Assembly (NCBI GenBank): GCA_037440345.1
Contig: JBBIUJ010000002.1
Coordinates: forward strand, 1 to 57,473
Length of the DNA stretch: 57,473 nucleotides
Reading direction: 5' to 3'
Source of the DNA: Prolixibacter sp.
Lineage (GTDB): Bacteria; Bacteroidota; Bacteroidia; Bacteroidales; Prolixibacteraceae
In this document: positions 8,604 to 18,806 of the stretch, in pieces
Layout: every line of letters begins with the position of its first letter
How positions within the stretch are numbered: the stretch's first letter is position 1
The notes under the pieces: generated by a model
Seen by the model: the letters and a program-made list of their open reading frames with translations, nothing else
What the model was told of the DNA's origin: nothing
The model's database searches: none
Made by a program: the position numbers and the translations under genes

Positions 8604-10769
8604 TTACTGGATCACTTTAAGGTAGCGTGCCATCCAGTAGGGTAGAAGGTATTCGTCGCCGGCCAATCGGGAGCTCCTGCCATCGTTGCAGTCCAGGGCA
8701 AATGGATTGGTATTGTGACGGATCATTGGCCGTTCGCCAGAAGTAAGCAGCTCTTTCGTGATTTGTTCCCTGAAATTCTCAGGAATGCGGACCAGGTCTT
8801 TTCTGTGCGAGTTTTTGGTGGAGTAGCGATCCAGATCAGGCGTGTACTCCCTGAGGTACCAAATGGTCGAATTAAGGTCGATATCACCGCTTATGCCATA
8901 AGTAATTATATTCCATAGTCCGTCTTTTTCGGGTTTCTCTATCTCCCAATGGTCCCGTGCAACCCACTCATATTTTTTCTTTAGCGATTCATTGAAAGGA
9001 TATTTATGTAGTACCCAATAGGTTAGAAAAGACATTTCGTCGTCCGAGTGGTTCCAGGTATCACCCATCACTTCACCCTTATGGACAAACTCTGTTGTTT
9101 GCATCATGGTTTTCATGGGGATCATGATATTATCCAGGTAACCGTATTTGTCCATCATTTTGTAGGCCTCAGATTTGTACTTTTCTTTGCCGGTAAGCGA
9201 GTAGGCCAATTGCAGGCCGGCAATCAGGTGTGCGCTGTTTAATTTTCTGTCGTCCACATATTTGGCATAGGAATTCACGTATTCAGGATTCCATCTTCCC
9301 CAACGGGTTGGTTGGCCATCGACATCAATGAAATAGTAGTTGTTGTCGATGATGTGGGTCATGATTGCATCAATGAAATCTGCGACCCGCTTCTTTTCCG
9401 GAGAAGTTTTGGCTATAAACTGATCCATCACAGTAGCGACGAAAAGGTAGCCGATGTATTCATCCGTGCTGGTGGTTCCCTTCCAGTCCCATTCGGGATT
9501 TTGGGACGGTCGCCAGGCCAATGTATCGTGAATGATTCCTTTGCGCTCGAAGGTCCGGGATGGAAACCCTTTCAACGGATTGACTGTCAGCAAACGCTCA
9601 AAGGCTTCAAACGACTCCCATGCGTAACGTTTGGCAATTTCCTCGCCTGTTGTGGCAAATCTGAATGCCTGACTGCTAAGGTATAACGTTGTCCACAGAC
9701 CATCGTTGTCATTATCTACTGCCTGGGCAGTTGTTAAATCTCCTGGTTTTCCATAGTTGATTTCGCAAACAAAGCCATAACGCATATGGTATTTTCGGAT
9801 GTCGTCCTGGATCTTATTGGCCTTAGCTGCCAGGGTTGTTGGAGAGAATGCAATTTTGCTAAGGCCGGTGGGAGATAGAAGATAAATATTTCCTTCAGTA
9901 TCTGCCTTCATGTCAATTATTTCGTTGTTTACCAACCAGCGTTCTCCCTGAAAGTAGCGGTATTTTCCATTCTCTTCCCTAAAAGCACCGTCTGAAGTAG
10001 AAAACCAGGTTTGGTTGTTGACGACAAGCAGATCGTTGATTGAAACAACAGGTAACTCCTTTTTTAATGGTTGTATAACCTTTCCATTTAAAGGATTTAG
10101 GACCAGATACCCATCCTTTGTTCCCACAATTAATTTGCCGGTTGAAAATGTCATGCTGGTTAGATTATCTCCCTGGTAAATGGTTTTCCAGTCATTTTGT
10201 ACCAATGTTTTGATACTGTTTCGCGACAAGGCATAAAAATTTTCCTTATCGACATACCATCGCAATGGTTGATTTCCAGGTGATTTAAGGTCAGAAATCT
10301 TTTCCTGGCCTTTGTAAAGGGACACTTTCTCAAGTCCGGCGAGCATCACAATGCCAGATTGGTTGACAAGGATGGTTTGGTAGCTGTTTTCCGGTATTTT
10401 GGCGAAAATAGTACCTGCATGTGCATTGGTCAGAAACCTGTCTGCGTAAAGGTAATAGAGGTATCCGGAACCCTCCTGGGTGGTGATATCCACCGGATTC
10501 ATATCCGAAAGTTTTCTGTAGAGCAGGTCTTTTGAGATTTTCGATCCGTAGAAATCGCGGTAGAGTCCTTTGTCGGTCAGCACATAGACATTGTTGTTGT
10601 AATCAACTTCCAGTTTGAGAAGTTTTGCCATTTTCAACTCTGGTGCGACCTCATATTTTACTGAGGTGGCCTGGGGATAGGGTTCATCTTTAATCTGTCC
10701 GAATGAGAAAAGCGGAAATAGGAGAGTGGGGATCAAAACCCTCAATTGATTTTTAAACCTCATTGCCAT
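8604..10769 (-). CDS. Secreted two-domain protein: N-terminal regulator-propeller-like repeats plus a C-terminal helical (glycosidase-like?) domain; function unknown; paralog of 23588..25828
   Basis: Signal peptide present. Propeller-type repeats (GTKDGYLVLNP, WFSTSDGAFRE). The C-terminal blocks DNDGLWT, LKGFPSRTFER, PEWDWKGTTSTDE, WGRWNPEYVN, WNHSDDEM and LLPYWMARYL are shared colinearly with the 746-aa ORF. Confidence 0.75.
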   Translation of the reverse strand: MAMRFKNQLRVLIPTLLFPLFSFGQIKDEPYPQATSVKYEVAPELKMAKLLKLEVDYNNNVYVLTDKGLYRDFYGSKISKDLLYRKLSDMNPVDITTQEGSGYLYYLYADRFLTNAHAGTIFAKIPENSYQTILVNQSGIVMLAGLEKVSLYKGQEKISDLKSPGNQPLRWYVDKENFYALSRNSIKTLVQNDWKTIYQGDNLTSMTFSTGKLIVGTKDGYLVLNPLNGKVIQPLKKELPVVSINDLLVVNNQTWFSTSDGAFREENGKYRYFQGERWLVNNEIIDMKADTEGNIYLLSPTGLSKIAFSPTTLAAKANKIQDDIRKYHMRYGFVCEINYGKPGDLTTAQAVDNDNDGLWTTLYLSSQAFRFATTGEEIAKRYAWESFEAFERLLTVNPLKGFPSRTFERKGIIHDTLAWRPSQNPEWDWKGTTSTDEYIGYLFVATVMDQFIAKTSPEKKRVADFIDAIMTHIIDNNYYFIDVDGQPTRWGRWNPEYVNSYAKYVDDRKLNSAHLIAGLQLAYSLTGKEKYKSEAYKMMDKYGYLDNIMIPMKTMMQTTEFVHKGEVMGDTWNHSDDEMSFLTYWVLHKYPFNESLKKKYEWVARDHWEIEKPEKDGLWNIITYGISGDIDLNSTIWYLREYTPDLDRYSTKNSHRKDLVRIPENFREQITKELLTSGERPMIRHNTNPFALDCNDGRSSRLAGDEYLLPYWMARYLKVIQ

Positions 10770-10908
10770 AAATTAGTAGTAGTAATTGAAATAGATTCGA
10801 TGCAAATTGGCATTAATTTGTCAATTTAATTTCAGTTTTCAATACCAATACTTATGAAATATTACCCCAATTCAAGTCAGGGAAAGTCCAAAAATCAGGC
10901 AAATTTTG

Positions 10909-10949
10909 ATCAATTGACGGGGTGACTCTGAGTCACCCCGTCAATTGAT
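10909..10949 (-). terminator. Near-perfect 20-bp stem hairpin directly after the GH42 stop
   Basis: ATCAATTGACGGGGTGACTC-T-GAGTCACCCCGTCAATTGAT. It is flanked by an A/T run. No canonical downstream U-tract exists on the minus strand, so the terminator function is inferred. Confidence 0.55.
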
Positions 10950-10957
10950 TAAAAAAA

Positions 10958-13033
10958 CTATAACTTCCACACTGTAACACAGGCAGTTAGAAGCTCTTTT
11001 TTGCCGATCAAAATTTGCGCTGAATCGGGGATATTTAAGGTGTATGGTTTGTCCGAATAATTAACGGCAATGCCCAATCCATCACGATATTCGACAGAGA
11101 CCCCATCAGGGAAGTTCTCAATCCGAATAGACAATTTAGCATAGAGCTTTTTCAGCACTTCTTTTTCAATCAAGCCGTCATTGCTGTCGATACCAACATA
11201 AGTTACAGTTCCTTTACCGAGTTTTCTGCTGATTACGGCAGGTTTTCCGGCATAAAAATCGCCCTGATAGGTACCAAGTACTTTGGTTTCAGTCCTTGGT
11301 TTTATAATCTCTCCCCAGGTTTTCCAGGCATATTTTCTTGTATCCATTACAACTGAGTCCTGCGAATGGGGCATGGGGAGATCGTAAAACTCAATTTCAG
11401 CGCCAATCAGATCGTAAATAGGAGCAGCAAATTTGGCTTCCCACAAATGGCCTTCGCGGTCCTTGTGACCTGTACGGCAGGAGAGTACTAAATTACCTCC
11501 AGCCACAACATATCGGGTTAATTTATTGATTAACTCTTTGTCGATCTGCTGATAAGCCGGAGCTATCACAACAGGATATTTTGAGAAATCTGTCTGATCA
11601 TTGATGAAATCAACCGGCGCCCCGAATGATTTTAGAGGATTGTAGTATTTGGATACATGGTTCATTGAGTTCCATTGCGCGGTTTGTTTGTTCATCTCCA
11701 TTCCCCAGATATTCTCATTGTTGAAGAGTATCGCCGTTTTTCTTGCAAGATAGTCGGCCGGGAGAGATGTAGCAGGTTGGTATAATTTTCTAAGCTGACT
11801 AATTTCTTGAATAAATTTCTGGTACTCCAATCCGCCAGGGGTAGGAGTGACACCATCTGGACCGACAATCCCATAATGGTATTGCTCATAACCGACCAGA
11901 GGGGCCCTGTACCGGTAGGTGCATACCAGGCTGCTTCCACCTGCAAACTGATGCCACAACCATAATCTGACAGAACCAGGAAGTGGCTGCGAATTGATGG
12001 TCCCCCAGTTTACCTGACCCGGTTGCAGTTCCATGACTCCATAAATCGGAGTTTTTGGTCTAAAAAAATCGTTGGCCATTGCAATTCTCAAAGGATCGCC
12101 CAATCGGTATCCCTTTTTTCCGATACCCAAAGATTCGCCATAAACCATGTACCTGGTGTAGGTGATAAAATCAAGTTCCTTGCTTTGGCCTATGTAACCG
12201 CTATCGTAGTTAGGTATGTAATTGGTTGTTACCCATTGTTTGTTGGAGGCATATTTTTTTATTTCGACAGCTTGCTCATCCAGAAATGTGGCTGTTTCAC
12301 TTGCCGCAAAACGGTAATGATCAAGCCTTTGGTTAAGGTTCATACCCCATTGCTTGTGAAGTGGGATATTGATCTGGGAAAAGTCGCTGTAGGTATTGCT
12401 CCAGAACAGGGTGCCCCAGGTGGTGTTGAGCGCATCGATCGATTGGTATTTTTTCTTTAGCCAGTCCCGAAACCGTTGCTGTGCATCGGGATTGTAATCA
12501 AAAAATGTTCCGGGTTCATTGTCGACCTGCCATCCAACTATTCGTGGATCGTTGCCATAGTGACGAGCCAGTTGTTCAATCATTTTGAGCGAATAACTCC
12601 TATAATAAGTGCTTGAAAAGGAGGCATGTTGCCGGGACCCATGATCCATTCTCTGGCCATTTTCGTTCATCGACAGAATCTCAGGATGCTTTCTCGATAG
12701 CCAAACTGGCGGCGTACAGGTTGAGGTGCACATGATAACGGGCAGTTTGTACTTAGCAGCGATGGCCACTGCTTTGTCGAGCCAGGCAAAGTCATATTTT
12801 CCCTCCTCCGGTTCAAGCTGAGCCCAGGCAAACTCTGCAAAATGGGTGAATTCGAATCCCATTGCAGCGATGTTCTTAAGATCCCTGTCCCATTGAGTGG
12901 AGTCCCAATGCTCAGGATAATAATAAACGCCAGTAGTTATCAGTCTGTTTTTTGGAAAAGAATTATCAATCTTTTGGCCATTTGTAATAAGTGCAAGAAA
13001 GATGAAAAGTAGAGTCAACCTAAATTTTCTCAT
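10958..13033 (-). CDS. Beta-galactosidase, glycoside hydrolase family 42-like
   Basis: Signal peptide present. The N-terminal TIM-barrel motifs GVYYYPEHW...FAWAQLEPEEGKYDFAWLD and WQVDNEPG (acid/base Glu) are typical of GH42. The 691 aa length fits. Confidence 0.85.
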   Translation of the reverse strand: MRKFRLTLLFIFLALITNGQKIDNSFPKNRLITTGVYYYPEHWDSTQWDRDLKNIAAMGFEFTHFAEFAWAQLEPEEGKYDFAWLDKAVAIAAKYKLPVIMCTSTCTPPVWLSRKHPEILSMNENGQRMDHGSRQHASFSSTYYRSYSLKMIEQLARHYGNDPRIVGWQVDNEPGTFFDYNPDAQQRFRDWLKKKYQSIDALNTTWGTLFWSNTYSDFSQINIPLHKQWGMNLNQRLDHYRFAASETATFLDEQAVEIKKYASNKQWVTTNYIPNYDSGYIGQSKELDFITYTRYMVYGESLGIGKKGYRLGDPLRIAMANDFFRPKTPIYGVMELQPGQVNWGTINSQPLPGSVRLWLWHQFAGGSSLVCTYRYRAPLVGYEQYHYGIVGPDGVTPTPGGLEYQKFIQEISQLRKLYQPATSLPADYLARKTAILFNNENIWGMEMNKQTAQWNSMNHVSKYYNPLKSFGAPVDFINDQTDFSKYPVVIAPAYQQIDKELINKLTRYVVAGGNLVLSCRTGHKDREGHLWEAKFAAPIYDLIGAEIEFYDLPMPHSQDSVVMDTRKYAWKTWGEIIKPRTETKVLGTYQGDFYAGKPAVISRKLGKGTVTYVGIDSNDGLIEKEVLKKLYAKLSIRIENFPDGVSVEYRDGLGIAVNYSDKPYTLNIPDSAQILIGKKELLTACVTVWKL

Positions 13034-13469
13034 AAGAATTAATGTTTGTCAGTCCGAAAATGGAAAGCATGTATCCCGGTAATGGCAATAAAAGTATTAA
13101 TGCATTTATCGACTATTGCATGGATATGAACAAAAATAGACATTTTTGGAAGGGGGAATCGCCGTATAATCATTCAATTTCAAAGAAATATTGCCAAATT
13201 TTGGTGTAAATATTGGAGGAGAATGAAAACTTTTTGCATTTACCCGCCGTTTAAATGGTTTAAAACGAAATTTTTGCATAAATTGTAACCGTGTAGTCAG
13301 ACTAAAAAAGTGTGGTTTTCTAAAATTGTTATGAAACCAAAAAATATTGTTTGTAATTTTATCCCAATTGTTAAACCATTCGAATTTGTTGATTTTAGTT
13401 AAGGTAATATCTTTTCAACTAACAAAATTTCAACAATTTATATAATATAATCAGGTTAAATATTCCAAT

Positions 13470-14429
13470 ATGAACAGTGAGAAATTAAATACTGATAAAG
13501 GTAATTCGATCAAAGCACAGGATAGTGCAGATTCAAGACGTTCATTTTTTAAACGATTTGGGTTGGTCGGTGCAGCAGCTGCCGCGGGTGGAGCGGCTAT
13601 CTATTCCGGATATAATTATGAAGAGACCAAACCCAACCGCGATATGGTGAAGGTCTTAACAGCAGATAACAAGTTGGTTGAGGTTCCCCGTGATCAGATC
13701 AAGGATGTGAAGTTTGACGTTGCCCGGTTGACAAAGCTGGGAAGGGAAGGCTTGGCAGGACGTCGCTTTGTGATGGTAATCGATTTGGCCAAGTGCCGCA
13801 ATGCCCGTAAATGTATACAGGCCTGTCAGAGTGCGCATCACTTGCGTCCTTATGAATACCATATAAATACGCTGACCATGCAGGAGTCTGAGAATACCGC
13901 CCCTTACTTCATGCCGAAACCCTGTCAACATTGCGACAATCCACCTTGTGTGGCAGTTTGTCCGGTGGATGCTACCTTTAAAAGGCAGGATGGAATTGTT
14001 CTGATCGACAATGAGCGCTGCATTGGTTGCAGGTTTTGTGTGGCTGCATGCCCCTATTCTGCAAGGATGTTTCATTGGGAAGAGCCATTGGCCGTTGAAG
14101 GTGACAAGGGCAAAGAATACAACATAGAACTCAATGTTCCCCAGAAAAAAGGGACTGTTTCAAAATGTCTTTTCAGCGCCGACAGGCTTAGGGAAGGGAA
14201 ATTGCCCTATTGTGTATCTTCTTGTCCCAATGGTGTTTATTATTTTGGCGACGAAAATCAGGATGCAGTAACCAATGGAACCACCAAGGAGACAGTCAGG
14301 TTGAGCGAATTGCTAAAGACCAATGGAGGTTATCATTTAATGCCTGAACTGGGCACCAAACCGCGGGTCTATTATTTGCCTGCAAAAAACAGGTTGTTTG
14401 AAGGACCCGTTGCAAACGAAAAGGTATAA
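13470..14429 (+). CDS. Tat-exported 4Fe-4S ferredoxin-type subunit (NrfC/DmsB/PsrB/ActB2-like)
   Basis: Twin-arginine signal SRRSFFKRFG. Cys clusters CQHCDNPPCVAVCP, CIGCRFCVAACP and C...CVSSCP. Confidence 0.85.
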   Translation: MNSEKLNTDKGNSIKAQDSADSRRSFFKRFGLVGAAAAAGGAAIYSGYNYEETKPNRDMVKVLTADNKLVEVPRDQIKDVKFDVARLTKLGREGLAGRRFVMVIDLAKCRNARKCIQACQSAHHLRPYEYHINTLTMQESENTAPYFMPKPCQHCDNPPCVAVCPVDATFKRQDGIVLIDNERCIGCRFCVAACPYSARMFHWEEPLAVEGDKGKEYNIELNVPQKKGTVSKCLFSADRLREGKLPYCVSSCPNGVYYFGDENQDAVTNGTTKETVRLSELLKTNGGYHLMPELGTKPRVYYLPAKNRLFEGPVANEKV

Positions 14430-14461
14430 AATTTCTTACCAGGAAACTGATAGACAAACAC

Positions 14462-15367
14462 ATGAAGCGAATTTCTTTATTGCTTTACATATTATCATTC
14501 TTTGCTTTTGCTGGTTCAGCGCAGGAATGGATCGTTCCAGCCGAAAACGGGGCCAAACTGAGTCCTTTCGCCTTCACAGATTCAACGCGGAAAGCAGGTG
14601 GCGATCTGTTTAACCTGAATTGCAAATCTTGTCATGGGGATCCTGGGAAAAACAATTCGGTAAAGCTTGTTCCACCTCCTCCTGATCCCGCTTCGGAAAA
14701 GATGCAGAAGAATTCGGATGGCGCTTTCTTTTATAAAGTTGCGGAAGGTCGCGGATTGATGCCCTCCTTTAAAAACACCCTTTCGGCTTCCGATACGTGG
14801 AAAATCATCTCTTATCTGAGAGGTTTCAACGATAAATATGTTCAGGAGGTTGCCAGGCAACTTGCTCCAGGTATTGCACTGGAACAAGTTAACATGCTCA
14901 TGGACTGGAACAATGAAAAGAAACAGGTTCAAGTGGCTGTTTCATCCATAAAAGAAGGAATTAGACAGCCGGTTGCAGGAGCAGAACTAAAACTTTTTGC
15001 GCGGAGGTATTTTGGCAATCTCCAGGTTGATGAGCCCAGGACGACTGATAGCAAGGGAGTAGCGCTTTTCAATTTTTCAACAACCCTGCCTGGTGATTCA
15101 ACCGGAATGGTGCAGCTTATGGTGAAACCGACCGATGAAACCGCGTTTGGCGAGACCAAGGTGGAGGCTTCCCTGAAAATTGGAGTGGCGACCTATCGGC
15201 CTCCGCTCAATGAGCGAAGGGCTTTGTGGAATGTAAATCGGAAAACACCCATATGGCTGTTGTTAACCTATACCTTTTCGGTTTTGGCAGTATGGGCGAT
15301 GATCCTCTATGTGATGCTGCAACTGAGATTGTTGTTCAAATCAGGAGAAGATAATCATCCTGAATAA
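14462..15367 (+). CDS. Membrane-anchored monoheme c-type cytochrome with an extra beta-rich domain and a C-terminal TM helix
   Basis: Signal peptide present. Single CKSCH heme motif with a downstream GLMPSF (Met ligand). C-terminal hydrophobic helix WLLLTYTFSVLAVWAMILYVML. Confidence 0.8.
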   Translation: MKRISLLLYILSFFAFAGSAQEWIVPAENGAKLSPFAFTDSTRKAGGDLFNLNCKSCHGDPGKNNSVKLVPPPPDPASEKMQKNSDGAFFYKVAEGRGLMPSFKNTLSASDTWKIISYLRGFNDKYVQEVARQLAPGIALEQVNMLMDWNNEKKQVQVAVSSIKEGIRQPVAGAELKLFARRYFGNLQVDEPRTTDSKGVALFNFSTTLPGDSTGMVQLMVKPTDETAFGETKVEASLKIGVATYRPPLNERRALWNVNRKTPIWLLLTYTFSVLAVWAMILYVMLQLRLLFKSGEDNHPE

Positions 15368-15386
15368 CAGATATTTAATTATTAAT

Positions 15387-16166
15387 ATGAGAAAAGTATA
15401 TGTGTTGGGTTTGCTCTTTCTCCTTGCTTACGAAACCCATTCACAGGCAGTTGTTAGCAAAGAGATCGAAATTGGTATCGTAGAGAAGTTGGGTCAGACG
15501 ATTCCGCTTGACCTCAAATTCTACAATGAGAAGAATGATACGGTCACCTTGCGGAGTATGATCAATAAACCTACGGTGCTCTCGTTTGTCTATTTCGATT
15601 GTCCCAATTTGTGCAGTCCTTTGCAGGATGGTATTGCGGATGTGATCGGAAAAACAGAAATGGTGCTTGGGAAAGATTATGATGTAATTACCATCAGTTT
15701 TAACACGAAAGATACTCCTGAAAAGGCCAGGGAGAAAAAGAAAAATTTTGTTCAGAAAATTAAGGAGGATCAACGGGGAAGCTGGAGTTACCTAACCGGT
15801 GAACTGGAGAATATTCAAAAAATCACTGAATCTGTTGGTTTCAGGTACAAACCTACCGGGATGGATTTTGCGCACCCTTCTACCATCATCATTCTTAGTC
15901 CGCAAGGCAAAATTACCCGTTATCTCTATGGTGTTACCTTCCTGCCGTTTGAACTGAAAATGGCTATTGTGGAGGCGCAAAAGGGAAAGGTTGAGCCGTC
16001 AAGCAACAAACTTTACGATTATTGTTTTGCCTACGATCCGCAATCCAAGACTTACACGCTGCAGTTTACCAGACTGTTGGGGAGTTTTGTTCTTGTGATC
16101 GGATTGTTCTTTGTCCTCTATTTGTACATCAGTTCTAGAAAAAAATCAAATAAAACACCAAAATAA
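15387..16166 (+). CDS. SCO1/SenC family copper chaperone
   Basis: Thioredoxin-like CPNLCSP (CxxxC) motif with a downstream His (FAHPS). A C-terminal TM is present. The stop overlaps the coxI start (TAATG). Confidence 0.85.
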   Translation: MRKVYVLGLLFLLAYETHSQAVVSKEIEIGIVEKLGQTIPLDLKFYNEKNDTVTLRSMINKPTVLSFVYFDCPNLCSPLQDGIADVIGKTEMVLGKDYDVITISFNTKDTPEKAREKKKNFVQKIKEDQRGSWSYLTGELENIQKITESVGFRYKPTGMDFAHPSTIIILSPQGKITRYLYGVTFLPFELKMAIVEAQKGKVEPSSNKLYDYCFAYDPQSKTYTLQFTRLLGSFVLVIGLFFVLYLYISSRKKSNKTPK

Positions 16167-17779
16167 TGACAAATTCATCTACCAGTGTACCACTCAACTA
16201 CCTGAATCACAAGACAGGACTTTGGTCGTGGCTAACATCAACTGATCACAAAAGGATCGGTCTGATGTACATGTATACCATTACCATCTTCTTTTGCGTA
16301 GCGGCAATATTGGGACTTTTGATGAGGATTGAGAAGATGGCCCCCGGCCAGACCATCATGACTGCCCAGACCTACAACGGAATGTTCACTATTCATGGAA
16401 TCATCATGATTTTTATTGTGGTCATTCCCGGCCTGGCCGCGGTATTTGGGAACATTTTCTTACCGATTATGATTGGAGCCAAGGATGTAGCTTTTCTGAA
16501 ACTCAACCTCTTCTCCTGGTATGTTTTCATCACCGGAGCCCTCCTTGGACTCTACTCACAATTTGCCAATGGTAACTCACCTGATACGGGCTGGACATTC
16601 TATGTTCCATACAGTGCTGCAGCTTCATCCAATGTGGTGATTGCGTTAACAGCAGCCTTTGTTTTGGGGTTTGCCTCCATTCTCACGGGTCTCAATTTTA
16701 TCGTGACCATTCACCGAATGCGGGCGCCCGGCATGACCTGGTTCAGAATGCCTTTGTTCCCATGGTCGCTCTATGCCACAGCATGGATACAGCTTCTGGC
16801 TACTCCAATCGTGGGTATTACGCTGCTTATGGTTATTGCAGAGCGAACGTTGCATATAGGTTTCTTCGATCCTGCCCTTGGTGGAGACCCGGTATTGTAC
16901 CAGCACCTGTTCTGGATCTATTCACATCCTGCCGTTTATGTCATGATATTGCCCGCGATGGGGGTCGTGACGGAAATCTTCCCGACATTCAGCCAGAAGC
17001 CGGTTTTCGGATATGTGCCCATCGTCTTTTCCAGCATGGCCATTGCCCTGGTTGGCTATTTTGTGTGGGGACACCACATGTTCACATCCGGTATCAGCTA
17101 TGAATCCAGATGGTTTTTCTCTTTCCTTACTTTTTTGGTTGCTATCCCTAGCGCCATCAAAGTATTTAACTGGCTTTCCACCATGTATGGCGGATCGGTT
17201 GACCTGAAACCACCACTTCTTTTTGCAATCTCCTTTATTTTTCTCTTTACGATCGGAGGATTCACAGGATTGACGCTTGGATCGCTTGCAACAAACATTC
17301 AGCTTCATAATACCGATTTTGTAGTAGCGCACTTTCACTATATTATTTTCGGTGGTATGGGTTTTGCCTTCTTTGCGGCCATACATTACTGGTTTCCAAA
17401 AATTTATGGCAGGATGTACAATTTCAAATGGGCTAATATCGCATGGGGATTTCTTTTTGTGGGCTTTAATCTGCTCTATTTCCCATTGTTCGTGATTGGA
17501 ATCCAGGGAATGCCGAGGCGTTACTTCGATTATGATCCAAAATTTCAGACAGGCGAGATGCTGTCGACTATTGGCGCTTTTATCCTCATCACCGGACTGA
17601 TATTAATGATCTCCAATTTGGTATACCATAGCCGTCGCGGGGCCATTGCACCAGCCAATCCCTGGCATGGCGTAACACTCGAGTGGCAAATACCATCTCC
17701 CCCTCCACACGAAAATTTCGATGAAATACCAGTGATTACGCATGAACCATACCGGTTTGATAACCCTCACACCAATTAA
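16166..17779 (+). CDS. ctaD: Cytochrome c oxidase subunit I
   Basis: Heme-copper oxidase signatures: HPAVYVMILPAMG, WGHHMFTSG (CuB His pair) and VVAHFHYIIFGG. About 12 TM helices. Confidence 0.95.
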   Translation: MTNSSTSVPLNYLNHKTGLWSWLTSTDHKRIGLMYMYTITIFFCVAAILGLLMRIEKMAPGQTIMTAQTYNGMFTIHGIIMIFIVVIPGLAAVFGNIFLPIMIGAKDVAFLKLNLFSWYVFITGALLGLYSQFANGNSPDTGWTFYVPYSAAASSNVVIALTAAFVLGFASILTGLNFIVTIHRMRAPGMTWFRMPLFPWSLYATAWIQLLATPIVGITLLMVIAERTLHIGFFDPALGGDPVLYQHLFWIYSHPAVYVMILPAMGVVTEIFPTFSQKPVFGYVPIVFSSMAIALVGYFVWGHHMFTSGISYESRWFFSFLTFLVAIPSAIKVFNWLSTMYGGSVDLKPPLLFAISFIFLFTIGGFTGLTLGSLATNIQLHNTDFVVAHFHYIIFGGMGFAFFAAIHYWFPKIYGRMYNFKWANIAWGFLFVGFNLLYFPLFVIGIQGMPRRYFDYDPKFQTGEMLSTIGAFILITGLILMISNLVYHSRRGAIAPANPWHGVTLEWQIPSPPPHENFDEIPVITHEPYRFDNPHTN

Positions 17780-17791
17780 AACGAATATTCT

Positions 17792-18403
17792 ATGTCGACA
17801 ACCGAACACAGCGAATTAATTGATAGCGATACCGGGAAACTTGGGATGTGGCTATTTCTTTTTACCGAGCTTTTTCTTTTTGGAGGATTGTTTATCGTCT
17901 ATTCAGTTATGCGCTCGAAATATGCAGCCGATTTTCACCACGCAGCTATTGAGTTGAATGCTTTTGTTGGCGCCACAAATACTGTTGTCTTACTAGTAAG
18001 TAGTATGACGGTTGCCATGTCATTGACAGCAATTCAGCATAAGCGGGGTGGCAAGGCGATGGGTTTACTCTTTATTACCCTATTATTGGCAGGTGTATTC
18101 ATGGTGAACAAATACTTTGAGTGGGGACATAAATTTGGACTCCATCTCTATCCTGGTTCAGATGTCATGAAAAGCCTTCCGCATGGCGAAATCATGTTCT
18201 TTGGTCTCTATTTCATGATGACCGGGCTGCATGCTTTGCATGTGATTATCGGTGGCGTTTTGCTTACCATCGTGATATTCAAGATAAAATCGGGTAAAAT
18301 CAGTTCTGAACACTACCTGTTGCAGGAAAACAGCGCCCTTTACTGGCACCTGGTCGATTTGATCTGGATTTTCCTCTTTCCGTTACTTTATCTGATCACC
18401 TAG
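17792..18403 (+). CDS. ctaE: Cytochrome c oxidase subunit III
   Basis: Polytopic 203-aa protein with the C-terminal LYWHLVDLIWIFLFPLLYL motif characteristic of Cox3. Confidence 0.9.
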   Translation: MSTTEHSELIDSDTGKLGMWLFLFTELFLFGGLFIVYSVMRSKYAADFHHAAIELNAFVGATNTVVLLVSSMTVAMSLTAIQHKRGGKAMGLLFITLLLAGVFMVNKYFEWGHKFGLHLYPGSDVMKSLPHGEIMFFGLYFMMTGLHALHVIIGGVLLTIVIFKIKSGKISSEHYLLQENSALYWHLVDLIWIFLFPLLYLIT

Positions 18404-18510
18404 AAGTTTCTGTTGGAACCCCGAATGCTGATTTCAGACTACTTGAGGGTGATTAGCGTCAGGGTTGCCAAATTTGTTTTTAAAGAAGTCTCATATCAAA
18501 GATATTACGA

Positions 18511-18795
18511 ATGAAGAACCATGAAAATCACGTTTCCAGCGACTCTCTGAATTGGAAAATACTAGTTATTTTGTTGATTTTAACTACAATATCGATTTTG
18601 GCCATCAAAATTCATTTGGGTGCGTTTACCGTGGCATTGGCGCTGACCCTGGCATCGATAAAAGTTACGATTGTGCTGACTTATTTTATGCACCTTAAAT
18701 TCGAAAATTTTCTACTGCGATTGATGGTTGGTTGTGTTTTCCTCCTTTTTGCCGTTGTCATCGCGATCACATTTATTGACTATTATTTCAGATAA
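18511..18795 (+). CDS. Cytochrome c oxidase subunit IV (small prokaryotic CoxIV family)
   Basis: A 94-aa, 3-TM protein located between coxIII and coxII. The call rests on context plus size and topology. Confidence 0.7.
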   Translation: MKNHENHVSSDSLNWKILVILLILTTISILAIKIHLGAFTVALALTLASIKVTIVLTYFMHLKFENFLLRLMVGCVFLLFAVVIAITFIDYYFR

Positions 18796-18806
18796 TTCCC
18801 AAAACT

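Noticed and set aside
13470-15367. Interpretation of the FeS protein plus cytochrome c as alternative complex III (ActB/ActA)
   Set aside because: No molybdopterin-like ActB1 domain, no pentaheme ActA and no ActC/ActF NrfD-like genes are present. Only one CxxCH is seen. It is kept as an unusual feature, not called ACIII.
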